A stretch of DNA of 63,996 bases, counting the filler, from Basidioascus undulatus (Eukaryota), in NCBI GenBank assembly GCA_000826855.1. It is 5 parts of 5 records of this genome, joined end to end, with 100 filler letters (N's around TTAATTAATTAA, not from the genome) between each part and the next. Parts side by side here need not be neighbours in the genome. Positions count along the whole stretch, not along the records: positions 12,980 to 25,855 come from JTLS01000868.1; 4 more parts are not named here. One strand, written 5' to 3'. Both the position numbers and the translations under genes were made by a program. Below the pieces are notes generated by a model. That model worked only from the letters and a program-made list of their open reading frames with translations, made no database searches and was not told where the DNA came from. Shown here in pieces: positions 12,980-25,955 of the stretch (positions are counted from its first letter, which is position 1; the number at the start of each line of letters is the position of its first letter).

Positions 12980-13844
12980 GGGGGGAAATGAGCGGGAGGA
13001 GAGGGAAGGTGGAGAGGGAAGGTGAGTAGGGGGTAGGGTGGGGAAAGAAGAGGGAGGGACGCACAAGATCAGCGCCAAATGTGACTTTGCAGTTGAGCCC
13101 AAAGCACCCGCCGAGGGCGGGGTGAGTCCAGTCAACGCCTATCCCCGCACACCCATCCCATCAGCACACCTCTCCTCCGCCCCTCTCCGCGGCAAAAGAA
13201 CGCACCCGTATCGACTATAGCGATCTTGATACCCGTCCCGTCCAGCCCCTGCGCGTGAAGGCGGTCGATGCTCGTCTGAGCGTGTGGGGACGTGAGGAGG
13301 TTGAGGGTGCGGTTGAAGAAGGTGGTGAGATTGGAGGAGGGGGTGGTGAAGAGGGAGGAGGAGGGGAGGAGGTCGTCCGCGGGCTGGGGGAACGCCGGCG
13401 CGGAGAGGGTCCGAACAGGGTAAATCTGCTTGATCCCTGGGAGGGCCGAGATGGACTCGAGGTCCTACGCACGAATAATGGGGGATAAGCGTCGGGGAGG
13501 GTGGGTTACGAAGGGAGGCTGAGGGGTTGGGGGGAAGGACGACGACGCACCGCGTCCGAATCCAGCGTGATACTAGCGCCCACAAAAACATTCTGGACGC
13601 TGAACTCCTGCCTCACCTCAAAGTTGACGTTCCGTTTCCGGAGGCCATCATACAGCCTGCGGTGGTGCGCCAGCCCGTCGTCCTCGCGGGTGAAGAGCCC
13701 CGAGAGCGCAAAGGCGGTGTCGAACTCGATCGTCCACGCGCGGCGGGCTGCGGCGGGGGCGTCGTCCGCGCGCGCCCAGTCCACGCGGGCTGCAAGAGCG
13801 AGAGAGGCAGAGAGCAGGAGAGCGGCGGAGGAGGAGAGCCGCAT
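12980..13844 (-). CDS. Secreted subtilisin-like S8 serine protease, N-terminal part; truncated by the contig end
   Basis: Signal peptide MRLSSSAALLLSASLALA. Pro-region VFVGASITL..ISALPGIKQIYPV. Catalytic-Asp motif LHAQGLDGTGIKIAIVDTG|VDWTHPALGGCFGLNCKVTFGADL. Confidence 0.92.
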
Positions 13845-14020
13845 TGTCGGGAGAGAGGAGTGCACCCCGGAGGGTGAGCGGAGTCCGGACCGACGGGGAG
13901 TGAACGAGTGTAATGCGGGGGCGAGCGAGTCCAAACGAGCGATGCCGGCAACGAGCGAATTCGAGTAGAGTAGCCTCCGGGGATACTTGAGCGGTCAAGA
14001 GACAGACAAAATGGAAAAAG

Positions 14021-14092
14021 CGACGAGGAGGACGAGGACGACAAGGACGAAAGGACGACGAGGACGACAAGGACGACGAGGACGACGACAAG
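14021..14092. repeat. Imperfect GACGAG/GACAAG low-complexity tandem repeat upstream of the subtilisin gene
   Basis: cgacgaggaggacgaggacgacaaggacgaaaggacgacgaggacgacaaggacgacgaggacgacgacaag. Confidence 0.75.
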
Positions 14093-15969
14093 CTGCTGGA
14101 AAGGAGGAAGGAAGTGACGAGACAGGATCGACGGCACGCGTGAGAGGTTGCACGCAACCTCGTGCCTGATCTTTTCGCAGACGAAGCTTGGCTTGTGTCA
14201 GATACGCTTGTCGATCAAGCACATTTGTGCTGGAGGAGACGACTCAGTCAGCTTAATTGAGGTTGTGCGTGCCATTATGCATGCAAAAGTGCGTGTGAGG
14301 TAGGTGGAATGCGGGTCAACATGCAATTCGGAGTCAGCCGCCCAGGCTCAGCTGCAGGCGATCAGCGAGCGAGGTGTGGCGTCGCTCATGATGGTTGCAT
14401 GCACAGCTCACCTTTTTGGAACAACATCCAACATCAACAGAATAACAGAAGTATCACAATTTCTGTGCGAGGGGTCGAAGCTGCAGGACCGTCGATGTTC
14501 ACACAACGCTGCCGGACCTCTCGCAATGCGATGCCGGAAATTGAAGTGCTCCACCAGACTCACCTCACCTCAGCCTCAGCCATTGCAGACAACACTTTGA
14601 AGGACGGCTTAATCAAGCTTTCCGGGACACAGCTTATCGAACACCTACTGTTTGCCGCCAACGTTCATGCTCGAGGAAATCACCAGCAGCGTTCAACCGC
14701 GTTCGTTCCCACCTTACCTGACCACCATATCACCCTCCAACTACCTCAGCAGAGTCCTTCTCAAACCAAACCTTCTACCCCCCACTGCACAGCGTTCGAC
14801 CCCAACTCTTTCCCCACTCGACGGGTCCGGGTAACCACAGGCGTCGTGTCGGGCGCCTAGCCCTCCTCGAGCTCCGGATAAACGATGCCGCCCGATTTGC
14901 TTCTTGAAAGTACCACCGGGGGCCCCTCGTTTTCCCAGAGATAGCGGCGCACGATCTGGAAGGGCAGGTGGACTTCTTGCTTACGAGCTTGCGGGGGGTC
15001 ACTGAGTACAGACATTTGAGCATCAGGCGATTGGATTGGAGGAAGACACAGTGGGGAGACCACAGCGCACCTTGGCTACACCGCCACTGCTAGGTGATGA
15101 GAATGGGGTGCCATAGCGGATTTGAAGATGTGAGTGGGTGTACACTAGCCATGCCAATTTGCGATTTTTCACCCAAAAATTATGTACGGTTTGTCACTTC
15201 GGCAAGAGAAGTGCTGGCTTCATCGGCACGTCAGATCGTCTTTTGGCCTATTGGAGTCTACGGCCAAAGGTGAATGGTTGGAATTGGCCAAAGCTTAGAT
15301 TACAGATGTGAAATTTATTCACAAGAAAAGCATTTTGTCTCTAATCAGTGGGGAAGCTTGAAGCGCAGCTCGGCTGAAGTACATATCGTGACACCCCCGC
15401 CACAAGTACATCGCTTCACATTTATTCTGAACAGTACGAGGAAGCCTCTTGATCACCAATTCAAAAATCCTTTAATATGTCCATCAATTGATTAATATGT
15501 CGCTGGTTCGCGGTCCGCGTGCATAGCGCACATCGGGTCACAAAGCCCGTCGGATCGACTGCGAGCGTTCAATTAGTCATCCCTCGTGATCTTAACAGCC
15601 AGTAGAATCGTTTTCTTTGGTCTGCGACTCTTTTCACTCCGAAGCGGTGATTTAATCGGACCTTATGTCCATTGTTTGTTTAGAGTGCTGTGACATGACA
15701 TGGCGGACCGATAGGCTTGTCGACTGGTTCGGTAGGGTTCGCACAATCGCAGAGTATCCGCTGTCGTCCAGAGCGGCTAGTTTCTGTTGCACATGCTGGG
15801 AATTTTTGAGATGCTTGTGCCGTGACACGCATGGAGGAGTGGAATATGGTGGAATCCCAAGATGCCACGTATCTCTTCGTCTAACCTCGACTTGCTCGTC
15901 CTGCCCTTCCCCTTTTCCTGCAACCTTGGTGGACCGCTGAACACCCTCCTACACACCTGTAACTCAGCC

Positions 15970-16639
15970 GAATCTACACTTGGTTCACATGGTCGCACCT
16001 TCGTCTCCTGAACGCATATCTGCAATGCCCGCTCTCTTGCCGTCAGAGACTCGCTTACGGCAGAGCATCTTCACGTGCGTAGGCTTTTTGCTTGGTTATT
16101 CCTATCCGAAAAGGTCAGAGAAACAGTCTTAAGTGTGGGAGACTGCCGGGAGCAGAGCGCAGCATCCGACTGTGGCATCGAAGGCCCGCTCGACATCGTG
16201 TCCTTCATCCTTGATCCGCGGCACGGTGCGCCCTGTTCCTCTATCTTCTACTTCCGAATCAACCTTCTAAGCGGATTCTCAACACTGGACCGCGATCGCA
16301 GGTTTGCTTAAAGTCCAAACGCTGCTCGACCAGCTGCAGAAGGACACGCCGACAGACCACCCGGACTCGGCGCTGCTCGAGGCTTGCCGAGATGTCCTAG
16401 GAAACCTCTTCTCCGCCATGCCGCACGCGCTTGGGGCCTCTATGGATAGGCTGAGCTGGAGGACGCGGAGCGGCCGCTGGAGGATCGGGAGGAGGCTGAG
16501 GGGCGCAAAGAGCTTCGGGCCGCTGGGGAGGGGATGGAGGTGGAGTAGCTGGGCGTGTGGATGGGAAGGGGATGGGAAGGCTGGTCGGGCCGAGCACGAA
16601 GGGGGGAGGGCGTTAGGGCAGGGGTGGAAGGGCATGTGA
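15970..16639 (+). pseudogene. Short or degenerate gene with a Dbl-homology (RhoGEF)-like C-terminal segment; start uncertain
   Basis: Spliced LDIVSFILDPRHG|LLKVQTLLDQLQKDTPTDHPDSALLEAC resembles the DH consensus LxSLLIKPVQRLxKYxLLLxELLKxTPxDHPD. Confidence 0.5.
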
Positions 16640-17364
16640 GTGGGAAAGGGAGAGGGCGAGACAGGAAGGCCGACATGGGGGCGGGAGACGAGGGTACTGC
16701 GACCGTACCGGGCTTGACTGTTGAGCTTGATTGAAGAGATTCCCTGTATGATTTACTTACATCTTGACAACATACATCCTTGTCATGTTTTTGTGCCTAG
16801 AGTTGCAGTGCATCATGCATCGAACGTGCGCTGGCTTTGCTTTGGTTTGCGAATGGCGAAGGTTGTGGGAGTGTCACGACCAGAGTGTACAGCGGCAGGT
16901 CTGAAGCCGCTGTCAATAAAACGGAAATGACATATCGGGCGTTTCTTTCGGCATGATTTTAGGGAACTTTGGGGGAACCATGCGGCTGAGAGTGAGGTTG
17001 TGCGGCACGATCGGGCGGCTGCTCCGCCCTTTCTCGCCGCTTAGCGTCAGCATGCCCACGCTGCAGAGCCCTGACAGCGGAGTACTCCTGTAGCCCTTGG
17101 TATTCACAAACCTTCCAAAGTTTGAAATGCGAGGTCCCGTTAACTGCCCTTCTTTCAGCTAAGAGTGGTGCGCTTTCCGTGCCGCGTTCGCTTGGCCAGA
17201 GTGTGACAGTTTACAACTCGTGATCTTGGCTGTACTAAAGGACAAAGATCCTTAGCACAAGATCATACAAGAACACACACTTTCATCAGTTTCCCGGACA
17301 CGAAATCATCACATGCAGTCTTTTGTGCCACTCGGTCTGTACACGTTAGACCCCTCCCTCTGCA

Positions 17365-18323
17365 CGTCTGAAGCCCGGTGCGCCTTGCACCACTGTGAGA
17401 GCGGGGAAAGCCAAGTCAGCATAGGTGCGGAAGCTTCAAGGGATCCGATACCATTAAAGCATCGGCCAGTCCTCCCGTCAGTGTTCCGGCCCACAGTACG
17501 CCGCGCACGCGCCCGACTTGCACATCGATCGAGATGCTTTTCTGCAGACTTCGCAGAAGTTCCCAACATTGTTCGGAAGCTTTTAAACGTTGGGAGCGAA
17601 GGTTTCTATCTCTTCCGGAGAGAACAAAAGGCCCTGTGGATCTTGGGCGCGGTTGTAAATCTCCTTTAGCAGCTTTACGCGGGCAGCGAGAGGCTCCCGG
17701 GGCATCCGTGAAGCGAGCAGCAGGCCAGTGTTGTCATCAATGGCGGGTATAGATGTATAATGCTCGATTTTGTACGCAACTAGCCGCTGAACTGTCCGCT
17801 CAGCAGGGTGGACATCAGCTGCAGTAAAACATTGACGTCTCCGCCATATCGGGCAGCAGAGGTTTGGGCGTCCGCGCGAGCGAATAACGGTGAGATCTGA
17901 GTCGGATTCTCTATCAAAGTGATAAGACCTCTCACGGTCACCCATACTGACGGGATAGAGCGAGTCGCGAAAGGTGATGCATGGATGGCCGCTGTCCGGG
18001 ACATCGACGAGAGAAGTAAGAACAGCCTGCGTGTCCTTAGCATATCTCTAAAGGTGGCTTGGCTCTGAAGCAACGCAAGACATAGCATCGATCCCGGCGC
18101 CGGCGGAAGAGCCGCTCAAGAGTGCGTCCAGCGCAGCTGCGATGTCGGGTCCACGATCGTACCGGTACCGGCCTGAAAGACAAGCACCGCAGGTCCACAC
18201 TGGACGATGGCCACAGAGCCCGCCAAAGGAGCATAAAGAGTGAGTCCTTCCGCGGCTGTGGACTGATCCGATTACGCCAATAGAGTAGGTGAAGATCGGG
18301 TGATAGTCGCGCATGTCGAGCAA
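17365..18323 (-). pseudogene. MYND zinc-finger protein pseudogene, copy A; start approximate
   Basis: FCEVCRKASRSMCKSGACAAYCGPEH*REDWPML*, then an intron and exon WCKAHRASD. In-frame stops and one lost Cys. Confidence 0.75.
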
Positions 18324-18879
18324 CGACTACCCATCGATGAGACCTCGGGGTTAAGCTTCAGTGTGTACGTGCTTCACGGTGAGGGCATGGTCGAGTGCGT
18401 CCGAGATAGAAAAGCGGGCTGGGTGGGGAGGAAGAGGAGGAAGCCAAGGGGGGAAGGACGGCAAGGCAACGTCTCCAACGGTCCGGTCGGAACCGTAAGA
18501 CCGCAATCAAACGCAACAAATCTGGCTGCTTTGCTACTTCTCATCCCCAGGTTAATTGATGTTACAAAGGCTCTGCGTCCTCCAAAAATCAGCAGCATAT
18601 GCATTTTTGCTCTCGACTCCAAAGCAGTCGCTTGACAGGACCTCAGAACCCGTTCTGTTAGTCAACAGTACGCCTGAGAATTTTACAAGTACTGCCACAC
18701 CCGTGCATCCGACAGCATAGCGGAAGTTGGAAGAGGTTATGGAAATCAATTCTTCTCGACTTCAACATGGAACTACCAAACATCTGGACATTTACAGCCT
18801 CGGAACGGACGCTTGACCCTCCTTCTTGAAAGGATTGGCGGTGCACTGTCGAGTTGGGTGTGAGTAGCAAGCGGGAATC

Positions 18880-19249
18880 AAGTATTCCAAAGGCCGTACC
18901 TTCCAAAAGACCGCTGTAGCGCCACCAGTACACCCAAGGACCCAGAAGGTTCTTCACGAAGCCGGGAGCGGGCGGGAATGGCGTGCCTCCGGGGAGGTTC
19001 TATGAGAGAACAGCAGCCTACCTCGAGAAGACTTTGGACAAGGTTGGAGAGATCTGCGACGTCTTTGGGTCGCTGGCTCCGCTTGATGTGCAAGTCGTGC
19101 GCAAGTGCGGCGTGCTGTAGACCGAGCACCAGAAGGAGAACTGGCCGAATCATAAGAAGGTCTGTATCTTGCTCGCACAAGGCCCAGGTTTTTGCTGAAC
19201 TGACTTGGAAACCCCGGTTCTGCAGTGGTGCAAGGCGCATCGGGCTTGA
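18880..19249 (+). pseudogene. MYND zinc-finger protein pseudogene, copy B; start approximate
   Basis: ICDVFGSLAPL[fs]MCKSCASAACCR[fs]EHQKENWPNHKK|WCKAHRA*. Same intron position and last exon as copy A. Confidence 0.75.
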
Positions 19250-19365
19250 GATGTGTGTGAGTGGGGGTGTAACGCGTTGAGACGGAAACAAATTCAAAGC
19301 AGCCGATGCTGTTTGCCTCAGGTTGTTCACTCTTTCTCTACTGCGGTATTTTCTGGGAATGCGCA

Positions 19366-19551
19366 TCAGTAGACCTCAATGCAAGAAACCAATCTTCTGA
19401 TTTCCTCGTTTGCCAGGATGCAGTAGTTGTTGCACGAGGTGAGCCAGAAGGTGCACCCTTCCGTCGCGGGCGCTTCGGTGGTCTCGGTGAGCGGAGCGGA
19501 GAGCGCGGCGGAGGAGAGTGCGAGGAGGGAGAGGATGGAGGAGGCGAACAT
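19366..19551 (-). CDS. Small secreted Cys-rich protein; true 3' end may be spliced or decayed
   Basis: MFASSILSLLALSSAALSAPLTETTEAPATEGCTFWLTSCNNYCIL has a clear signal peptide and Cys cluster. CATAAAAA lies about 100 nt upstream. Confidence 0.6.
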   Translation of the reverse strand: MFASSILSLLALSSAALSAPLTETTEAPATEGCTFWLTSCNNYCILANEEIRRLVSCIEVY

Positions 19552-20723
19552 GATGCGTTTGGTGGCTGATAAGTAGAGCGGTATAAGGATTGCTTTGGAG
19601 AGGTTGTGCTGGCGTTGATGGGCAGTAGACTGTGAGGGCGGGGCTGGTTTTTTTTATGCCTTGACGCGCTTTCTCGGAGCGGCGGCGCACTCGCTGGGCA
19701 CCGTTCGCAATGCGCACTGCAATGCAAGCACTGCCCCGCTCCGTCTCGACGGCTCTATTACATGCGAATACTCTATACTTAGACATAAATGAGCAGTTGA
19801 CTTCTTATGAAATTTGGGTGACCCACTTGCAAGCCACTTGACAAGGCGGTACATCGCTGTGGACGCAGAAGCGGTGCACCCCCCAGAAGGTTTGAATTGG
19901 CTACGAGATCCCCTGGATGGGAATGGTAAGAGATAATTAATTCCTACAGGCTTTAAGGGTATATACATTTCCCTCAAATGAAGACTAACGTCAATCTTAC
20001 GCGTGTTCAGAGCGAGGACTGCGCAGCGGGACGTTCTGCGCTCAAGAATTCACCTTCTGCTGGACAGCACCTCCCAAGTGCCTTTTGGACTTGAACTGAT
20101 GGAACGTTTTCGAGTTACTTGAATTCTTCCAAGACGCCTGATACATGGCAATCCAAACGACGTGAAGACAACGATCTATAGATTTACCTTACAGCGCACC
20201 TCTGCAGTGACCACCAACACGAATCAAGGATCGACCAATGCCGAACACAGGACATCTTCTAGAGCCCAATCATAAGTATAGGAACTTCCAACCTCGGCGG
20301 TGGTTGAGCCCGAGTCAACTTGCAAAACCGCGCTGGGCTCGCGCACTCATTCTTGCACATCAGACGAAGTTCGTTGACGACAAAAAAATGTAAAACACCC
20401 TCGACCTTGCGCGAGCGTGCCCGTTTTCCTTGCACCGCAACTCACGTTCGCATGTGGCTCCCTCCGAACATACAACCAGCCACTCCATCGTAGCCAGCTG
20501 CGCAAGATATCAGTCATGGCTTCCACGAGCTGGCTTTCGCTGCCGGTCCCCTGTAAAACCCATCGCCTTCGCTCGGCACCCGTGCAAGCCCCTATCTTGC
20601 TCCGCCGAGGCGGACTTGGGGCTTCGGCAGTTGCGATCGTCAACCATCAACACCCGCGACTCACCCGCACTGCCCATCATCACGCTCACATTCATTTTCA
20701 TAACATAATCAACCCCCCTCGAA

Positions 20724-22382
20724 ATGCCACCAACCCCGATGTTCACTCACCCTCGAGCGCGCCTTGTGCTCTCGCATCCGATCGTGCATCCGCGGGTGAA
20801 CGCCCTCCTCGCCTTCGACGACCTCGGCTACGGACTGCCCGAGTCGGAGCGCGACCCGGACGTGGACTCGCTCATCGATGTCACGGGCGCGTTCGCGCTC
20901 TATTGCGCGGACGTGGGCACGGGCGGTCTGTTCCTCGAGGTCGCGGGGACGAGGCTGCCGCTGGGTGAGAAGGGTGTGAGGGCTTTTGTGGGGCTGGGGA
21001 TGGGGAGCGCTGGGGATAAGGGCGGGAGTGTGTGGTTCAAGCTTGGGGAGGAGGATGTTTGGACGTTGTGGCTGGAGGGGTGGGTTTCCCCGTTCTTTAT
21101 TCCCTCGAGACTCGGTGCAAGCTGACACTGTCCCATCCAGGGCCACTGCTTCCAATCTCAACACCCTTCGCGACCTCATCTCGGGCCTTCCCCAACGTCC
21201 AATCGACGACTTCAGCACCATCCGGCGCACAGGCGGCAGCCTCCGCGCCTACGACCTCACCCTCCGCAACAGCGTCGTAGTCGTGGACGAGTTGAACGCT
21301 TCCGTCATCCGGGTGCTGAAACAAGGCGTCATTCTCAGCGACGCCCGTTCCCACGCGGGCCTCCCACCGCACGACCGGGCACTTGACACATACGCCGCCT
21401 GCGCCGCCTCCGGTCTGGGCGGGACGAGTCGCGCGCCCGACGCGCGTGAGCCTTCCTCGACTGAGACGCTCGACAGCCTGGACACACTCCGCCGCGTCTC
21501 GGGCTCGTCGTTCGTCACGGCGGAGACCTCCCCCCATCACGGCCGCTCACGCTCACGCTCACGGAGGCGGGAGGGCTCATCGGGCAGCACGACGACGCGC
21601 GCGCGGAGCCGCTCGTCGGAGGGGACGTTCCTTACTGTCCCGGAGGGCGGGTCGGTCGCTTCAAGAAGGACGGGACGGTCTTTAAGCGGATCGGACTTGG
21701 GGGACTTCGCGGCTGCTATCGACGCGCTCGACGGGCTCAGCATCGCTGATGCCGCTGCAGGGGACAGCAGGCTCGCCGACGAGCCCGCGCAGGGTCACAA
21801 CACAGCGAGCGGCGTGCTGCTGTCATTCCTTGCGGGAGGAGATGTCACTGCGGTGCGTATCTCCGGGCGTTATGACAGATCCATTCCTGCTGGCTGACAG
21901 TATGTGACGTGGCACAGAGTACCATCTCACCCCATGCGCCGAAATCCACCTACGTCCCCGCCTCCGCCTCCGATCTCTGGTCGCTCCTAACATGGTTCAC
22001 CTCCGCGCCGATTGACCTCCTACGCTCGTCGGCCTCCTGGCTAGGCGAGGTGGGTAGCGACGTCCTGGCCTGGGCGGGCATCGGGTACGTCGGAGTCCCC
22101 TCTTTGCCTCCACTTTGTACCCGCCCGCTCACCTACCTGCGCAGGTCCTCATTCTCCGAGCCCCTCTTCGCCACCCACAACGCCTTCCCCTCAGAAGACG
22201 ACTACGACTACGCCGCGCCCGCGTACGACCCGGCCTCGCTCGCCGATCCTCCCCGACCGGTGGCACGGCGCAAGCCTGACTCGGCGGGTGGGTCGCGGTT
22301 CTCGGTGTATCACTATGATGCTGGAGGGTACGCTCGGCCGGCGTACTTTGGGAGGGGTGGGGAGTTCCGCGGGGCGGCTTGA
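20724..22382 (+). CDS. Hypothetical multi-exon protein
   Basis: GC-rich coding blocks (about 20724-21079, 21141-21852, then to TGA at 22382) separated by GT..CTGAC..AG introns. No family recognised. Confidence 0.7.
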
Positions 22383-25300
22383 CATGCATCGCTGTTTGAT
22401 GAGTCGAAGTCACTTCTCTGTCTGTCGCTGACTTTGACGCCTATGTATTTGTTCTACCTGGGCATCGGTATGCTCCGGTGAAGATACATGATCTTGATAA
22501 GCGGTGATCTTGAGAAGATGCTGAGCCAAAACCGCGCCTGACCAGTCCCCACGACGGTTCTCCGTTGCTATTTGTCCACGATCCGGGCCAGGTCGCCTTC
22601 GGCTCGTGAGAGGGTTTGCTGTAAAAACGTGCGTCGTCATGAGCTGTAGAATGGTGATATTTGCGCCGACACAACACTCTGCGCTCCACACCTTGAGCAA
22701 TGTCACCTCAGGCGTACGCCGAAAGCACCTCTTAGGGTTAATGCGAAGCTCAGTTGACATGCCTAAGAGGCACCCTCCGCACTTGCAATAGTAAGGTCAG
22801 ATAGAATGTTCCTCGTGGAGACGGATCGGCCGGCCTGGCTGTCGGCTTCACCGACCGCCGGCTCCTCAGTGTGCTCGGCGCGCCATTCGGCGTGCTTTCG
22901 TCGCTGAACGCGTCGTGCTCGCCGTTCAAAAGCTCGTCCTCGTCATGCGATGCGGCCTGTGACAATTAAATGGCTTCCTTGGTCGCTTCTCATTAGGGTT
23001 ATCATTTTCCCTGATAAAAACCATTCCTCGAGGTAAATCCGCACTGGATGCTGCCGCTAGAATGATTTCAGCGCCTCCATGGGCTTTATGCCTCTACGCT
23101 CGGATTGGCTGGTTTATGTCCCTTTGTTCTGCTCTGGCGTACTTTTTAAGCGGAACGTCAAGGTGAGGCGGCCTTGGGTCTCCTGATACCGTTCCAGCTG
23201 CATTCAGCTGAGCATGCGACGTTACGCACGCTCATCTGTGTTGTTCCTCCTTGCCTATTAGCACAGCTGCACGCACTGCCGCTTAGGGTTGATAATTTGA
23301 TACAAAATACATTTTTTAGTACAAAATCTTGTTCTAATATCCCCTGTCTCCTTCAAAGAAGCACAACAAGCTTGCCGCCCCATGCCTCCGCCGCCCACCG
23401 GTCTCGTCACCTTTCCTTTCCTGTTCGCCCACGGCAAGCTGCATGCTGTTGAACTTGAGTTAACATTACATCAACCTAGGGTTCTTTTTATGGCGGTGCG
23501 CCTTTGGAAACCAGAGCACGGATGCGGACCAGCAAGCGAAATATTGCAGTGACTTGCTCACCTGGGGCCCCTGCCATCAGCGCTTCGAAGAGGTCTGAAA
23601 GACGCCACAAATAGTACATTCTTTTATATGGATACATCTTCATAGGAACCTTGCCCGGAGCCCAACCTAGCCGCTTTCAGCGGGAGAATTGGGGCAGAAA
23701 CCAGTGAAGCCACGGCAAGCCGGATCTCCCCTCCCCAGGTTTCCCCGCTCTGATTGAGCCTTGCTCGTATATGTTCAGGGCGGAAGTTGGCTGTACGTTG
23801 CTCTATATACCCCAAATTTTTCTATTAAGTCGGTAGAAGTCACTTCCTGTTCCTCAGGAATGCTGATTGCTCGAACTACCAGGAAATCAAGGAAAATAAG
23901 CTTCTGGATGCTCAACCATCAAAATGGGCAAAGCGAAGCGGTCTTTGGAAGTTGATTGAAATTGTACATAAAATGGCTTACGAGAATTTGGGCCAATCCT
24001 CATATTGCTGAGAGGGTAATTTGCAAGTGCACCATAGTTACGAGTTCTGCAGTTTCGAGGCTCGTTGTGCACGCTTGACTTCTGGAGTCAAGGCACAGCG
24101 ATAGGCATAAGTGTGTCGAAATTTTGAAAAGTATGGCCAAATGCAAGTGCATAGTTCATTTGTGTTCCAGGTACCCGCTGTATTGCCGGTCAAAATCTAC
24201 ACTGGTTGTGCGTGAAGAGGTACCCGCGTTGAGCAGTTGCTCCTGTGAAGTATGCAGGCCATTCTACATGCCAAAAAAGACAGAAAGTTTACAATTTCCC
24301 CTTTTAAATTGCATGCTTGTACAGGACACGAAGGAGTACACAGAAATGTGCACGGCGCTAAGTTGAAGAACCATGCCAAGCTGAGAAGGCGACGTACCTC
24401 TCTGTCCAGATGCCTTGCTGGCAACAAGGTACATGCTTTTCCAAACTATTCAAGTTACTCAAATAATGATATACTCGCATAGTAGTGGCAAGAGTGGCAG
24501 CAGAAGCTCCGGGTGTATTATCAATTGCGTGTCGAGTCTTTCCGCGAGACACGGAAATCACACGGGTGGCACTTCATTTCCTGGACACAAAAATATGCAA
24601 CATAATTTCCGATCATGGAATTGGGCATCCTCTCACCCGAACGGAGGGCTGGGGTTGGGAGGAAGGAAGGGGTCAACCGGAGACGTGAGGAGGACAAGGG
24701 AAGAACAAGGTAAAGATTCAAGATAGGGGTCGGGCCCAATGTTTTTTAAGACGTAAAAAGGCAGGCGTCACGGTACACACATTGTTTCTGGGGGGGAGGA
24801 GGGATGCAGGGTGAGAGGTAGGCAAGGCGTAACGGGAGCGGGAGCGGGGGAAGGGGAAGCAGAAGAGAAGACGAAGGGGAACGGAGAAGACGGCGGGTGT
24901 ATAAGCTATAAATGTGATAGTGGCGGCGTATCAGGAGTAAACAAAGGGAAAAAAAAACAGAGGGGGGAAGGGAGGGAGCGGACGAGGAGCGGGGTGGGGA
25001 TGAAGGAGGAGACGCTGGCGGAGTAGCGCAAGAGAAGACCCCCAAACATCGCCGACAACGGGAGTGGGGGACACACATATGCTGACGTAACTTCGTAAGC
25101 CTTATACGTAGCAGGAGAGTACCGATCGGTAGAGGAGGGGGAGGGGGAAGAGGAAGGCTGGCGTACTGGAGGGCGGGAAGGTGGAGAGCTCGAGCGCTGA
25201 GAAGAAGCGCGGGGAAGAGCACTATCGGTGTCTGTCCATTGATCATGGTGGACATGACTGCATTCTGCTTGTGGGGACCGAGGGTTGCTAGGGGCGAGGT

Positions 25301-25855
25301 GCAGGGGTAGGTAGCGGGTAGCAGGTAGTGATGAGCGGCGGGAGCGGGAAGATGCCGTTTGTCCGCGGGTTCATTACGAATGAGTGCGGAGCGGCCCCGA
25401 GCGGCCCATCTGACTGATCCAACCGATCGAAGCCGACCGCCGCATTTCGGTGTATGGTATGTCTAGCAGTTGTCAGTTTCGAGGCTCTCAGGCATGTCAA
25501 CTGAGCTTCGCGTACTGTCTTAAGACGGTGTTTACCGGTACGCCTGAGGTGAGCAATAATCCTCTCGGTGTCAAAGTCGACGAAATAGGAGCTAGCTTAA
25601 TTCAGGGTGGTGCGGGTTGTGGTGCGCTCAGCAGAGGAACATCAAGTCTCAAAAGGGGAGTTCGAGGAACCCGACCGTCCACCCACAAGGTGGACGGCGT
25701 TGCTGCAGCGCAGATGAAGGAATTCTTCACAGCGCCGACAAAGACCACAAGCACTTCGTAATGCGTGCGTGACATAGAGCAATACACCCTTGCACCCAAA
25801 GTCAGATATCCCCGCCCTTTACTCCACAACCTCACACTCGTCCTCACCGTTCACC

Positions 25856-25955
25856 NNNNNNNNNNNNNNNNNNNNNNNNNNNNNNNNNNNNNNNNNNNNT
25901 TAATTAATTAANNNNNNNNNNNNNNNNNNNNNNNNNNNNNNNNNNNNNNNNNNNN
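25856..25955. other. Artificial contig linker
   Basis: 44 N + TTAATTAATTAA + 44 N. Confidence 0.99.

Noticed and set aside
13215..13472. Apparent frameshift in the subtilisin exon suggested by the ORF track
   Set aside because: The true frame (..LHAQGLDGTGIKIAIVDTG) is continuous. It simply has no start codon after the intron.
17371..19247. Inverted repeat read as transposon TIRs
   Set aside because: The repeats are paralogous intron-end plus exon sequences of two MYND genes. No transposase motif is visible between them.
25020..25080. GCM-like motif RRCLGVFSC in ORF 24746-25255
   Set aside because: Short match in low-complexity, intron-like sequence with no supporting flanking motifs.
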